A stretch of DNA of 64,000 bases from Octopus sinensis (taxonomy: Eukaryota), in contig NC_043004.1 of assembly GCF_006345805.1 (NCBI RefSeq), positions 13,206,001-13,270,000 on the forward strand, in the 5' to 3' direction. The notes below the pieces were generated by a model. The model saw nothing but the letters and a program-made list of their open reading frames with translations. It had not been told where the DNA came from and searched no databases. The first letter of the stretch is position 1; each line of letters opens with the position of its first letter. Both the position numbers and the translations under genes were made by a program. Below are positions 1 through 12,472 of this stretch, one piece after another.

Positions 1-1830
1 ATCTCTGCTTATGTTGGGTTATACATAGAGAATTTAAAACACACTATATCATCATCTTGAATAATCGCATTATTTGAAATATTAGATAAATAATAACACA
101 ACAAAATCATTTGTATAAGTAGCTGAAAAAACAACGACAACTTGTAAATCAACTATAGGAAAAACAACGCTAACAACAGCAACAATAACGACTGCCAGTG
201 CTAACATTGTTTGCCAAAGAAGAAATATAAGCAATCTCATTTAATCTCGTTTCTATCTTCCCACATCAATGTCTTCATAATTCTCGCCATCTTAATCTTT
301 CTCTGGCTCTTCTTTCTCTCTTTCGTTGTCTTTGCCACTCCTTTTTTCTTTCTGGCCCTCCTCCTTTCTCTCTGTATATGTGTGTAGGCACATACATACA
401 TACATACATACATACATGCATATTTACATACATACATATATACATACATACACACATACACATGCACACACGTATAAATGTGCGAGTGTGTTTATAGATA
501 TATAAATGTATATTCCTACACATATATATGTTAGTATTTATATATATACACATACACATACATATAAATGTTACTATTTATATATGTATATGAATATATA
601 TATATGTGTGTGTACAAAAAGACATACATATTTACATATGTACACATAAATATATATATACATACATACATACATATACATATACATATATATATATATA
701 ATATATTATATATATATATAAATGGATGCACACATACACATATATACACACATAACATTCTTTACTACATCATTTTAATTTCTCCCTGCTTTACTTTTCT
801 TTACTCTTCTTCATACGACCACGAAACTATTTCCTTTACTCTCACTTCACTCTTTAATATGATGTATGGTTTTTTTTTTTTAATCATCACATTCTCTGTT
901 TATGTCTTCCATTTTAAACTTCGGTTTTCTTACACTTACATCTTCATTATTTCTCTTTTTCTATCTCTCTTACCATTCATTCGTACATTTTCTCCCTGCT
1001 TCATCCCTTCTTCCTCTCTCACTTGCTGCTTGTCCAAAACCTGCCCTTCAGCTATCTGACTGATTTTAATACGTCCTCCATGGCACGCTTCCAAATTAAT
1101 CTCTTTCGGAAAGAAGTTTGTTTCCAAGAAAAACAATATCACGGCCAAAAATGAGTGTGGATTTTATTCCAATTAATCAGAATAGTGCGGATTAGTTTTC
1201 TCAGAATGTACCCGCCATGGGGGATATCTAGCGTGTTGTCTCTGAGGAAGATATATTTTAATTTTTCGAATAAGCATCGTATCGACTTCTCTAAGAAAAC
1301 ATATAGAAACATATAATATAACCGCAAGCAATGTAGCTATAATTTCGATAAAGAATTCTAAGTAATTTAGCGTAGTAATTCCAAATCAAAAATTCGGGAA
1401 ATTGAATGTGGCAATACGGTACTGTTTAGATTCAAACCTCAATATAATGGCATGAATAGTGGAGTTCATGCCCAACAATGACTTGAACACCTTAATTTTA
1501 AGTCGCATTGTTCCGTCTGATATAGGATGCGTTAGTAAGCTATCGACCAATCTAACTATACAATGGAATTCCTTGTTTTGAGTATCTTATCTCTTTCTTT
1601 TTAGATTACACTACAGTAATACTTCTTCTTCCAACATTTACGCCATTCGTATTATTATTTTAGGTGCAAGATGTATTCGAAAAGTGATTTTACAGGTTTA
1701 ATGAACAGCTCAAATTACAATATATATGAACATTCATGCATTCCATAAAAATCAACGTTGAATTTATATAAAGCGTTATATAGAAACATACTGAACAATC
1801 AAATCATTACACAGCTATCATCTTTCTGGT

Positions 1831-2197
1831 ATTATACTTGGAGCGTCGATCACAGAAGACGTAAAACGCATGAAGGAGATCAAATGACGAATAGTGCTGG
1901 CAAAATCTGCATTCTCAAAATTGTATAACATATTGTAAAACAGTACTCTGAGCACCAAGACCAAGATTTGTATACTGAACTGCAATGCGTACCCTATATT
2001 AATTTAAGGGAGTGAGGTATGATCTATAACATCAGAAATGAAAAGGTGCTTGGAGAATCGAAAACTGTGGTTCTTACAAGGAATATGGAGGATAGAATTG
2101 GACAGAAAAGTGTCTAATGAAGTGATGAGCCGGGTTGCGGTAAACAGGACACTACTTCGTGAGATAGGGGTCAAACAACTGAGATTTCTTGGACACA
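1831..2197 (+). mobile_element. Degenerate RTE-clade LINE fragment (C-terminal RT/thumb region)
   Basis: One frame reads ILGASITEDVKRMKEIK*RIVLAKSAFSKLYNIL*NSTLSTKTKICILNCNAYPILI*GSEV*SITSEMKRCLENRKLWFLQGIWRIELDRKVSNEVMSR...KQLRFLGH. This fits the RTE pattern YLGS.I...EI..RI..A..AF...K...L....P.L.YG.E.W...RI.W...V.NE...QL.F.GH, with 4 in-frame stops. Confidence 0.85.
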
Positions 2198-2974
2198 CAG
2201 AGGCTCCTCTCAGCGCGTTACAATGCATATTAATGAAAAAGTTACAAAGTTGTGAGAAAGGATGAAACTTTCAATGATGGTTTGAACACACATTCTCAAC
2301 CAGCGAATGGGAAACAGGGCATATGAACTCTTACAAAAATTGTTTAGCATAATACATTCTCAAACAAAGGCTTGATATTATCAGTACTGATGAGATTACG
2401 GGGAGTGGGGAAACCGTATGAAAATTACTGGAAAAGTCATTAATGTATGTGTGTGTGAGTATATGTGTCTTTGGTGTGTGTGTGTGTATATATGTACATG
2501 CATATAGAAACATATATGTATGTATGCCTGTATGTATGTATGTATGTATGTATGTATGTATGTATGTATGTATGTATGTTTGTATGTATATATGTATGTA
2601 TGTAGAGTGGAAGTGAAAGTAATTAAAATATGAAAACGCGAAAGAAAAAGCAAGGGAATACCTGACTGGTGAATTATTGGGAGAATGCGAAAATGAGAGA
2701 TTAAAAAATTGCTCACATGAGCAAAAAACAAAGAGGAGTAAATGTTACGTATATACGTGTGTATGTGCGCCGCGTATGTACGCATGTATATGTTTGTGCA
2801 TGTCTGTTCATATATATATATATATCTATATACATACATATATATATATATGTTGTGTGTGTGTGTGTATATATACACACATATGTATGTGTATATATAT
2901 ATATATATATATACATGCATATACATATATATATATATATTATATATATATATATGGGGAGAGAGAGAGAGAAA

Positions 2975-2975
2975 G

Positions 2976-3012
<37 letters not shown>

Positions 3013-3013
3013 T

Positions 3014-3054
<41 letters not shown>
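2975..3054. repeat. (GATA)n microsatellite
   Basis: Direct reading. Representative of the many (TA)n, (CATA)n, (CA)n and (GATA)n arrays in the window. Confidence 0.95.
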
Positions 3055-3822
3055 GCCTCTGACAACATTTATCATGATGACAAGAGACGCAATGTAAAAG
3101 TACAAACTAAACGTATTTATATTTATATGTCAGTCAACAACAGAGGCAGCGGTTTTCCTATTCAAGTACGTCTATGTTGTATTTCTACTAATATATTTGT
3201 TTGCAGTTAGCTACTTTCGAAGTAGCCCACTTTCTTTATTTCCTTAATCATGCACAAGCACATATCGAATAATATAATATATGTATATGAACCCACAGAG
3301 ATGCATCTAGGCACGTTTTTACACATCCCTGTATATGTACACTCGAAATATATACACATTATATATACATAATCTCCTCTGCTCCAAATGGTAAAATAAT
3401 TTTTTGTCAGGACATAGAAATGTATAGCAACAGACCTTTCATGCAACCATGTATTGCTCTACTGCTTTTACAAGTAGCTTACGTTTAGCGTTTTTCTATT
3501 AAAGTCGTGCGACAGCCATGAAATAGTGCTAAAGAAATTTTTACTGTACGGAGGTGCCGATTTTCAACTGTACACTTCATTTGTTCATAGATTTCCCCAC
3601 TTCCTTTGTTTCAGAAATGAGAAATAATCATTGTGCCAGCTCCCACAAGACAGGATGATTTATCTGTAGGACTATGTTTCGGAACAGCGCAGAGAGAACA
3701 GGCAACATCTTAGTTGAAAAACACACACACATCATCATCATCATCATATGATTCTCAAGTCATCATCATCATCGTCGTCGAAAATAACCATCAAACGTGA
3801 CTCGTTACAAGAAGCAGCCCTG

Positions 3823-4040
<218 letters not shown>

Positions 4041-4227
4041 ATACACACGATATATTTTAGAGAGAGAGGGAGAGAGAGAGGGAGAGAGAGAGGGAGAGAG
4101 AGAGAGAGAGATAACAAGGCAAGTTAGACAGGTCAATCTACAAAGTATGATAAATACATGAAATAGAAAAATGCATGTATGTTTACATACAAAACGGTCT
4201 GACTTACAGAATAGAAATGTCATTAAG

Positions 4228-4426
4228 AATTAAGGGGTTGACGAAAAGGATTACGAACCCCAATAGCTGTCTCTGGTAGCCCAAAATAATTTTCGTCGAA
4301 TGGGACAAGCCTCCGTCTTCAGGGAAGAGATCCGCCATGTAATCAATCAACGAACATAATTTTGGATCACCGGTCCCCAGAAACAGCTGTCGGATTTCTA
4401 ATACTTTTCTTCAACCCCTTTTAATT
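4228..4426. mobile_element. Foldback element with split hammerhead-like motif (PLE pLTR-like)
   Basis: Terminal IR aaggggttga (4232-4241) / tcaacccctt (4411-4420) plus internal IRs. CTGAAGA on minus at 4322-4316; GAAACAGCTGTC on plus at 4380-4391. Confidence 0.6.
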
Positions 4427-4641
4427 TTTGATTTCATTCTTATTCTCTACGTTAGACCATTTTGTATGCAGATATACATATTTTATATTTCACGTATTTA
4501 ATATACTTTGCAACACACTTATTCTTACATTTACAGCTCTACCCACTAAGTTTAAACATCTAGACCATTGCTAAGTGGATCCTGTACAGGGAATATATGA
4601 TTCTATGATTCTCATCCATAAATTATATATATATATTTATA

Positions 4642-4702
<61 letters not shown>

Positions 4703-4708
<6 letters not shown>

Positions 4709-5037
4709 GCGCTGGTTGCCAACATAATTATGTTGGACAAACGAGGCTCCCGTTACGTAAACGAGTAGCGGTGCATAAAGAACAAATAAATCTCCCGGAA
4801 TACCGACAAATTCCACTGAGTGACCACATAGACTCATGCGCTAAAGATATAAATCCCAAATTCTACATATTCCCCTTCTACAATGTAAAGACGGGATCAC
4901 CACACAGGAGAGAATTAACAAGGAGAATCTCTTTATTGAAAAATTCAAAACGCAACTTAATATGCAAACTCCCCATTGATCATACTCCCTTTTTCTCTAC
5001 TCTCATTCTTCATGGATGGACTAACACAAATATATAA
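4703..5037 (+). mobile_element. Penelope-like element GIY-YIG endonuclease fragment, 5'-truncated in (TA)n
   Basis: TCAGCQHNYVGQTRLPLRKRVAVHKEQI...PLSDH matches the PLE motif CxxC...Y(I/V)GQT...L..R...H. AT-rich putative 3' region continues to about 5845. Confidence 0.8.
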
Positions 5038-5932
5038 GGATACCATGCATTCATCACTTCAAGCTAAAACTTATATTCTTTAAATATCATTATTATTATT
5101 GTTGTTATTATTACTATTATTTTTATTATATATGACATAACATCTGAAATGTAATTATAAATTGGTTTATGCAAATTTGTATAATTAGAAATATATAAAT
5201 AAAGTGTTAAAATCTGAATTTAAGTTAACAAACAATTATATAAAAAAGATAATGCAAATGAAGCTAAAATGATGATTTTATAATTTAAGGTTTATTAACC
5301 CCTTTATCACAAAAAATTGATAAACACAAATTGAAGAGCTCAAAACCCATAGAGTTGTCACCCCTTATTCGCAACACAGGAACTGAAGAACTACAATTAC
5401 TACTACTTCCTGTTTTGCCAACATCCTTATTAAACTAAACACACATGGCTTTAATCCCATGGATCCTAATATTCAAGGTAATTTTTTCGTGAACAATCAT
5501 TAAACTCAAGATACACAAAGACTCACAATGTATCGGAATACTATTTTTTTATTTTTGTACATATTTATCATTATTTTTTTGCAAAAAACAATGCAATTTT
5601 CTTTTTTCCCCTTTCTCACTTTAAAAAAAAATTTTTACTTTACAATTGTTGAAAAGTCACATTATGACGAAAACCGGTTTGAATTAATATATATTTATAT
5701 ATTTTATCAATTTTTCAAGAACTTTTTCCATACACCCATTTACATTAAAATTTCTTTCAATTTAGCATTATGCATTTTTACAATTTTTCCTTGCTTATCA
5801 TTTCTCCACGTGCGGTCAACACAACCCAACCATTTATTGATCTAATATATACATATATATATATATATATATATTAATATATATATATTATATATATATA
5901 TATCAGACCTCGTATACTATTATATATATAAT

Positions 5933-6003
<71 letters not shown>

Positions 6004-6010
6004 TATATAC

Positions 6011-6059
<49 letters not shown>

Positions 6060-6100
6060 TATATATATAATATAATATATATATATACACATATATATGT

Positions 6101-6273
6101 ATACGAGGTCTGATCAATAAGTATCCGAAAGTAAAGCACTCTGAGCTGAACCGCTTGGAACAGAGTGACTTTGAAATCTGCTGTCCATGTGCACTAAGTT
6201 TTAGCGTTCTAGCTCCCTCCCGCTGTCTGCAGCTGTGCTTGGAAGTAACGTGTGTATCGTGTAATCGTCGCAT
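6101..6273 (+). mobile_element. mariner 5' end (TIR plus 5' UTR) remnant
   Basis: Starts tacgaggtctgatcaataagtatcc and is similar to the mariner 5' end at 34263-34070 (minus). An inverted TIR stub tcagacctcgta lies at 5902-5913. Confidence 0.7.
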
Positions 6274-6420
6274 TATATATGTTTGTGTGTGCGTGTGTGT
6301 GCATGCGTGTGTGCATGCGTGTGTGTGTGTGTGCGCGTGTAAGTAGTTTGGTTTTCAAGAGATATTAAATTTCCTTGATTGTGATGTTCAAAATGATATT
6401 CCGAAAATTTATAATGTTTG

Positions 6421-6537
6421 TCACCTGTCTTTTTAAAAATATCGTAGAATGTTCCAGTTAACCTAATTAACTTTTGTCTCAACTTTGCCGTGCCGACGAT
6501 TCCAAACGAGGATGAAATAGTACCATACACAGCAACC
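6421..6537. repeat. Local duplication copy 1 (copy 2 at 8623-8739); possible minus-strand exon
   Basis: About 117 bp shared with 8623-8739. On minus: ttttag|...ACAG|gtgaca, open frame SLVAVYGTISSSFGIVGTAKLRQKLIRLTGTFYDIFKKT. The duplication is clear; the exon reading is weak. Confidence 0.7.
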
Positions 6538-6978
6538 AACGACTAAAAATTTTAGGAACTTTATTTTACGTAAAAAACAAAATTAGAATTAAAAATTCAA
6601 GATCTTTAACTTAACTTGGTTTAACTCAGAATAAATTCTCTCCCTTTAATGTTAAATCACCACCAGAAGCAAAACATGTGTTCAAAATGTTAAATTTTTT
6701 ATGTAACTAATTTCAATAACTATATCTGTGAGGTCCTTTCATATGACTGTTGTCGTTCTACCTCATAGCCACCTATGCAACTTCATGCTCATACTCACGT
6801 GTATAAATCATGAGTCGCTATATATTCGCCAAATATTGACCGGAGAGAACATAGCTCAACGTTTCCCTGTGATGAGACACTCTATAGCTTTAATTCTCCC
6901 TTTATCGCATTAATTTCAAACTTTAGGAAATTGTGAAACTCTTTCAGCTAATCTAAATTTACCTTAGAAAGGAATTCT

Positions 6979-7388
6979 TATTTCTTTACTGTCCACAATG
7001 GGCTACACACAGTGGGGACAAACAAGGACAGACAAACGGATTAAGTCGATTATATCGACCCCAGTGAGTACTTATTTAATCGATCCCGAAAGGATGAAAG
7101 GCAAAGTCGACCTCGGCGGAATTTGAACTCAGAACGTAACGCCAGACGAAATACCTATTTCTTTACTACCCACAAGGGGCTAAACACAGAGTGGACAAAC
7201 AAGGACTGACGAACGGATTAAGTCGATTATATCGACCCCAGTGCGTAACTGGTACTTAATTTATCGATCCCGAAAGGATGAAAGGCAAAGTCGACCTCGG
7301 CGGAATTTGAACTCAGAACGTAACGACAGACGAAATACGGCTAAGCATTTCGCCCGGCGTGCTACCGTTTCTGCCAGCTCGCTGCCTT
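6979..7388 (-). mobile_element. tRNA-derived SINE family C (Meta-domain-like) with tandemly duplicated body
   Basis: Head aaggcagcgagctggcagaaacgg..., B-box gagttcaaattcc, central gaggtcgactttgcctttcatcctttcgggatcgat. Body present twice. TSD aaaggaattct at 6968-6978 and 7391-7401. Confidence 0.85.
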
Positions 7389-7490
7389 AAAAAGGAATTC
7401 TAATAATTTCATAATATAATTATTCCTTTATACCATATATAAGTATGTGTGCACATGTGCGAGTGTGTACAGAGATAGATAGACAGATAA

Positions 7491-7560
<70 letters not shown>

Positions 7561-7741
7561 TAATTGATATATAGATAGATGAAAGACAGAGAGAGAGAGG
7601 GAGGTAAATCAAGAGAAAGATAAATAGACAGAGAGAGTGTGAGAGAAAATGTGTGTGTGAGAGAGGTTAATCAGGGGAAAGAAAGAAAGAAAGAAGATAT
7701 ATATATATATATCTATATATATATATATTATATATATATAT

Positions 7742-7773
<32 letters not shown>

Positions 7774-8622
7774 ATAGATAGATGTGTGAGTGCCTGTGTG
7801 TCTGTGTGAGTGTTCAGGTCTTTTGGTGTGATTGGACATATATTATCTATCCTTGAAAATTAAATTGGCGGTGAAAAAAAGACGTCAAATATACGACATA
7901 ATAAGACTTTGAATATTTGCCATAAGGTAACTGAGAGAATATGTAAATATTTCCGTTATTATTCTGCTTGTTAGTCGCTGTTGTTCTTAAAACATATGCA
8001 AGGTTTCAGCTACACCCTATGCAGCAGCTGGAATACAAATCCATCGAGCACGTAGAATGCAACGAAGTAGACTTTCTATTAATCAGCTTTCTATCATCTG
8101 GGAAATAAGGTATCAAAACTATCTGAAAGGCAGATGACGCAGTATAATTTCGATGTCCTGCGAAGGATATGTAACGTTTCGGCACAGCCGTTCTGGTACC
8201 GCCTATTTGGCATCACTGAATCGACGCTGACTTACTTGACATCAGCCGTTTTAAAGTCTCTTTAGTTTTAATGCATCTGTCATTCACTAACTCCCGTCCT
8301 TCCATCTTTTCCACCTGTCTTTTAGCAGCTTCTCTCTTTCTTTACTCTCTCTCTCTCTCTCGCTCTCTTTCTGTTCATGCCTGTGAGTATATTTCTCTTT
8401 ATGGTTATTAGGGAAGAGAAACTGTTTCTGCCAACTGTTCTCACCTAATAATTTGCATTGCCTCTCTCACTCGCTCTCTCTCACTCTCTATCTCTCTCTC
8501 CCTTTCTCTTTCTCAGACTTTCTATATCTGTGTGTGTATATTTCTGCTCACGCGTTCGTGTGCCTGTGTTGCGTGTGTGTGCTTGTGTGTGTGTGTGTGT
8601 ATGTGTGTGTGTGCGTGTGTGT

Positions 8623-8739
8623 GACACCTGTCTTTTTAAGAAATTTCGTAGAATATTCCACTTAGCCTAATTAACATTTGTCTCGACTTTGCTGTGCTGA
8701 CAATTCCAAACGAGGATGAAATAGTACCATACACAGCAA
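8623..8739. repeat. Local duplication copy 2 (of 6421-6537)
   Basis: Same sequence with one extra base that creates TAA in the minus-strand frame. Confidence 0.7.
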
Positions 8740-9041
8740 GACCAGTCGAAGCAAATACCCTATATTTTCTTTCGAAGTATATATATGCTTCTTTCTCTCC
8801 GTTTACTTAATTCACATAAATATAAAACCATAACCCCCGACTACATCACCCGTCATTGTATACACTCAGTGACTGAATATCTCGCTTGCATAAATCAAAG
8901 TTACATTCCCTAGTTTCCTGTGCGTATATACATGTATAAACATACATACGTACATGCATACATATCTATCTAACTGTCTCTGTCTCTCTGTATCTATCTC
9001 TTTATATATATATATATATATATATTATATCTATATATATA

Positions 9042-9081
<40 letters not shown>

Positions 9082-9194
9082 CAAATACTCTAATATCTAT
9101 ACAGCCTTGGGTTTTTTATCTCATTACGCAAAAAATTCATATCTATATATATATATATATATATATATTATATTTATATATATACTATAATATA

Positions 9195-9233
<39 letters not shown>

Positions 9234-9244
9234 ATTTTATTATT

Positions 9245-9664
9245 ATAATACAGGATAGCAAAACTTTTAGAAATTTCACTACAAGTGACTTAGATGTATA
9301 AAGAATCAATTGACAACATATTTTCCTTATAAAATTTGTGTACATTTAAATACAAAACAGGCCACCCTTAACAGGCAGCATTACACGCTACAAGGAGCAG
9401 TCAAAACATCCAAAACCACATTTATAAGCAATTTCGAATGAAAAATAAAAACTCTAATTAGCAAATAAAATAATTTGCTAGGCGAAGTTCTCATCAGAGT
9501 TGGAAAACTAGGTATGGCTGTAAAAAAATACAAGGTAAAAGTTTTTATTTTCACTCCCTTCGAATTTGCTCTTAAATGTGGTTTTGGACGTTTGAGCGCT
9601 CCTTCTAGCGTGTAAGGCTGCCTGTTAAGGATCGCCTCTTTTGTGCTTAAATGTGCACTAATTA
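9245..9664 (-). mobile_element. Hairpin-plus-tail element flanked by (TA)n, with hammerhead core
   Basis: IR arms about 9332-9452 and 9540-9664. Minus strand CTGATGA-GAA (9497-9488)...TTC-GAAA (9438-9432), with an internal TAGCAAAT/ATTTGCTA hairpin in stem II. Confidence 0.7.
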
Positions 9665-9671
9665 TATATTC

Positions 9672-9864
9672 ATAGTTCGCTAGCCACTACACATTTTCTC
9701 TCCTTGTTTTCTCTCCTTGTTTCTTTGCTTTCCTTTCTGTGGAAGTGCGTAGGCTCGAAATGTTAAAGACTTTTTCACTTCCCGAGTGTTAAACTAATAC
9801 ATCTGTTTGTTGTCTACACTACCTGTCTTCATCTTTTGTTTGTTTTTATTTGTGAATTCTCCCT
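9672..9864 (+). mobile_element. Solo PLE pLTR with minimal HHR variant
   Basis: CTTT-CTGTGGA-A-GTGC-GTAG-GCTC-GAAAT-GTT-AAAG at 9733-9768. Homologous to 23750-23960, 43425-43620 and 20190-20352. Ends in (TA)n. Confidence 0.75.
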
Positions 9865-10009
9865 ATATATATATATATAGATATATATATATATATATAT
9901 ATATAATGAAATCGAACATTAAAAAATAATAATATTAAAACAACAAGACGGCGTGCATATGGAATGTATTAGCATGTTGCTCAGTAAAGGTGGAAAAAGA
10001 ATGTGTTTT

Positions 10010-10037
10010 AAACGTTTCGAGAATAACCCTTCGTCAG
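10010..10037 (-). ncRNA. Minimal hammerhead core in a PLE pLTR-like segment (about 9905-10150)
   Basis: Minus strand CTGACGA-A-GGG-TTATT-CTC-GAAAC-GTTT: canonical CUGANGA and GAAA with a 3-bp stem II. Stem I pairing is poor. Confidence 0.55.
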
Positions 10038-10378
10038 ATAGAGGAGAAACAAAAAGTCCAGAGAAGAAAGAATTTCCACGAATAGCACGTTTGGTTACAT
10101 GGCTAAAAGTCACCGGAAGTGGAAAGAAATAGAGGGGACAGGAAAGTGCGAAGAATGACAGTGTGTGTCTGTGTGTGTGTTTGTGTGTGTATGCATGTGT
10201 GGTAGCATGTTTGTGTTTATGTGAGTGATGAGACAAGGTGAAGTGTGTGTGAGTGCAGGAACGTTGCTGTGCGTAGGTTTGTTTTTGAGCGAGCGGGGCG
10301 TGTGTATACGTGTATATGCGTACAAGTGTGTGCGTGTGAGGAACTCTTCAACGCCTCCTTACATATATATAAATAAAT

Positions 10379-10790
10379 CGGAGTGGCTGTTTGGTAAGTA
10401 GCTTGCTTACCAACTACATGGTTCCGGGTTCAATCGCACTACGTGGCATCTTGGGCAAGTGTCTTCTACTATAGCCTCGGGCCGACCAAAGCCTTGTCAG
10501 TGGATTTCGTAGACGGAAACTGAAAGAAGCCTGTCGTATATATGTATATATATATCATAATATAAGATATGTGTGTGTGTGGCTTGCTTGTGTGTGTGTG
10601 TTTGCCCCCTAGCATTGCTTGACAATCGATGCTGGTGTGTTTATGTCGCCGTCACTTAGCGGTTCGGCAAAAGAGACCGATACAATAAGTACTGGGCTCA
10701 CAAAAGAATAAGTCCCGGGGTCGATTGCCCGACTAAAGGCGGTGCTGCAGCATGCCGCAGTCAATGACTGAAACAAGTAAAAGAGAAAGA
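10379..10790 (+). mobile_element. tRNA-derived SINE family A (internal microsatellite)
   Basis: Head ggagtggctgtttggtaagtagcttgc...gggttcaatcgc, body cttgggcaagtgtcttctactatagcctcgggccgacc, tail gactgaaacaagtaaaagag. Many copies in the window. Confidence 0.9.
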
Positions 10791-10794
10791 GAAA

Positions 10795-10845
<51 letters not shown>

Positions 10846-11556
10846 GCATTATATATATATTATATATATACATATATACTCACATATACACTTACATAAA
10901 CATGCTCACGAATATACATGTGCAAGTAATATCACTATATATAGATATACATTTGTGTATATTTACACACATACACACACACACACACACACATACACAC
11001 ACACAGAGTCACACACACATACACATATGCAGAACCACGCGTGTGAACGTCTATAAAGGTGTCTGTAAATATTGTCACTGTTTTTCTCTCTATACATTGC
11101 CGTTAACGCTTTATATTATTTAATTTCACTTTTGCACCAAAGTCAATACTAACGCGAAAGCCGTTTAGAGATGTTTTCTGTTATACCATAATATCCATTG
11201 GCTAGATAAAGATGGCTGATTGCGAATCCGAAACCGGAGGCATATTGATTAACTGCTTATATACCGAAATCCACCTAAAACATACTTACTGGCAAACTGA
11301 GATGAAAATGGCAGACAGACATATACGGATGTATAAATACGGAGAGCAACAACCACAGATAAATGAAAGATACCGACACTTGGAGAAATAAAAAGATATA
11401 TAACGAGCGAAACATAGAAAATTGGAGTAGGAAAGCGGTAATACTATATACAGGATGAAATGCTGAGACATTTAACTAAAAATATCGACTAATGATAGAT
11501 AGGTTTAAATAGATAAAGAGATGATCGCACACGCACCACATGAATGCACACATACA

Positions 11557-11588
<32 letters not shown>

Positions 11589-11689
11589 GACATATGAAAT
11601 GACTACAAAAATGATAAAGTATCGTATTTGTTACTATATATGCGTATATACATACATATTACTTTCACTCTCTCTCTCTGTCTTTCAAT

Positions 11690-11744
<55 letters not shown>

Positions 11745-12141
11745 TATAATATATATACGTGTGGTGCATATATATATATATACATACACAGTCATGCACA
11801 TATACATTTATACATATATACATAATACATATATATACGTGTGTGTTTGTGTGTGTGTGTGGATGCATGTGGTTTTGTGTGTGCGTATGTGTAGGTTTGC
11901 GTATGTCAATTGAACAAAATTTCAATAAAATTGCAGCACCACAGAAATAAAATGGGTAGACAAGTAGACTTTGAAGCAGACTTGAATTTTTTATACATTT
12001 ATTGAAGTGGTTTTTGTGTCTCGACCCCTCTCTTTGATATATTTACGTCACATTTTTATTAGTTTTGAAGACTTCAGCACAATAATAATAATCATCAAAA
12101 ACTTGACAAATATACAGTATTAATTATATCAACCATTATAC

Positions 12142-12317
12142 GTGTTTATCATCTGAAGAAAGCCTATTATCTTTAAGAAATTTTCTTATGCTATATTGGA
12201 ATATTTTTCTTATAAAGGTTAAATTCTTAACGTATGTCTCAATCTTCATCAAGGTACCCTTATAATAAAATGAGAAGATCAAAAGAATTACACTAAACAA
12301 TGAACAAATAACCACGT
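12142..12317 (-). other. Candidate exon encoding a hydrophobic (TM-like) segment
   Basis: Strong acceptor ttttatctctgcag|, open frame VVICSLFSVILLIFSFYYKGTLMKIETYVKNLTFIRKIFQYSIRKFLKDNRLSSDDKH, weak donor gtataa. Confidence 0.25.
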
Positions 12318-12472
12318 CTGCAGAGATAAAATTCAAAAACTTGAAAAGGAAATGCAAAACTGCACAAAGAAACAAATGGAAAATAATGGTTTCTTATATT
12401 GGTTGAAAGCCAGAAGTGTATAGGAAAGCGTTATATTTCATTGAAGCAACTTCGATATATGCCTGATATATA

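Noticed and set aside
8170-8200. HHR-like GGC-tgt-GCC-GAAAC-GTT on minus
   Set aside because: No CUGANGA-like core or stem I, and no foldback or microsatellite context.
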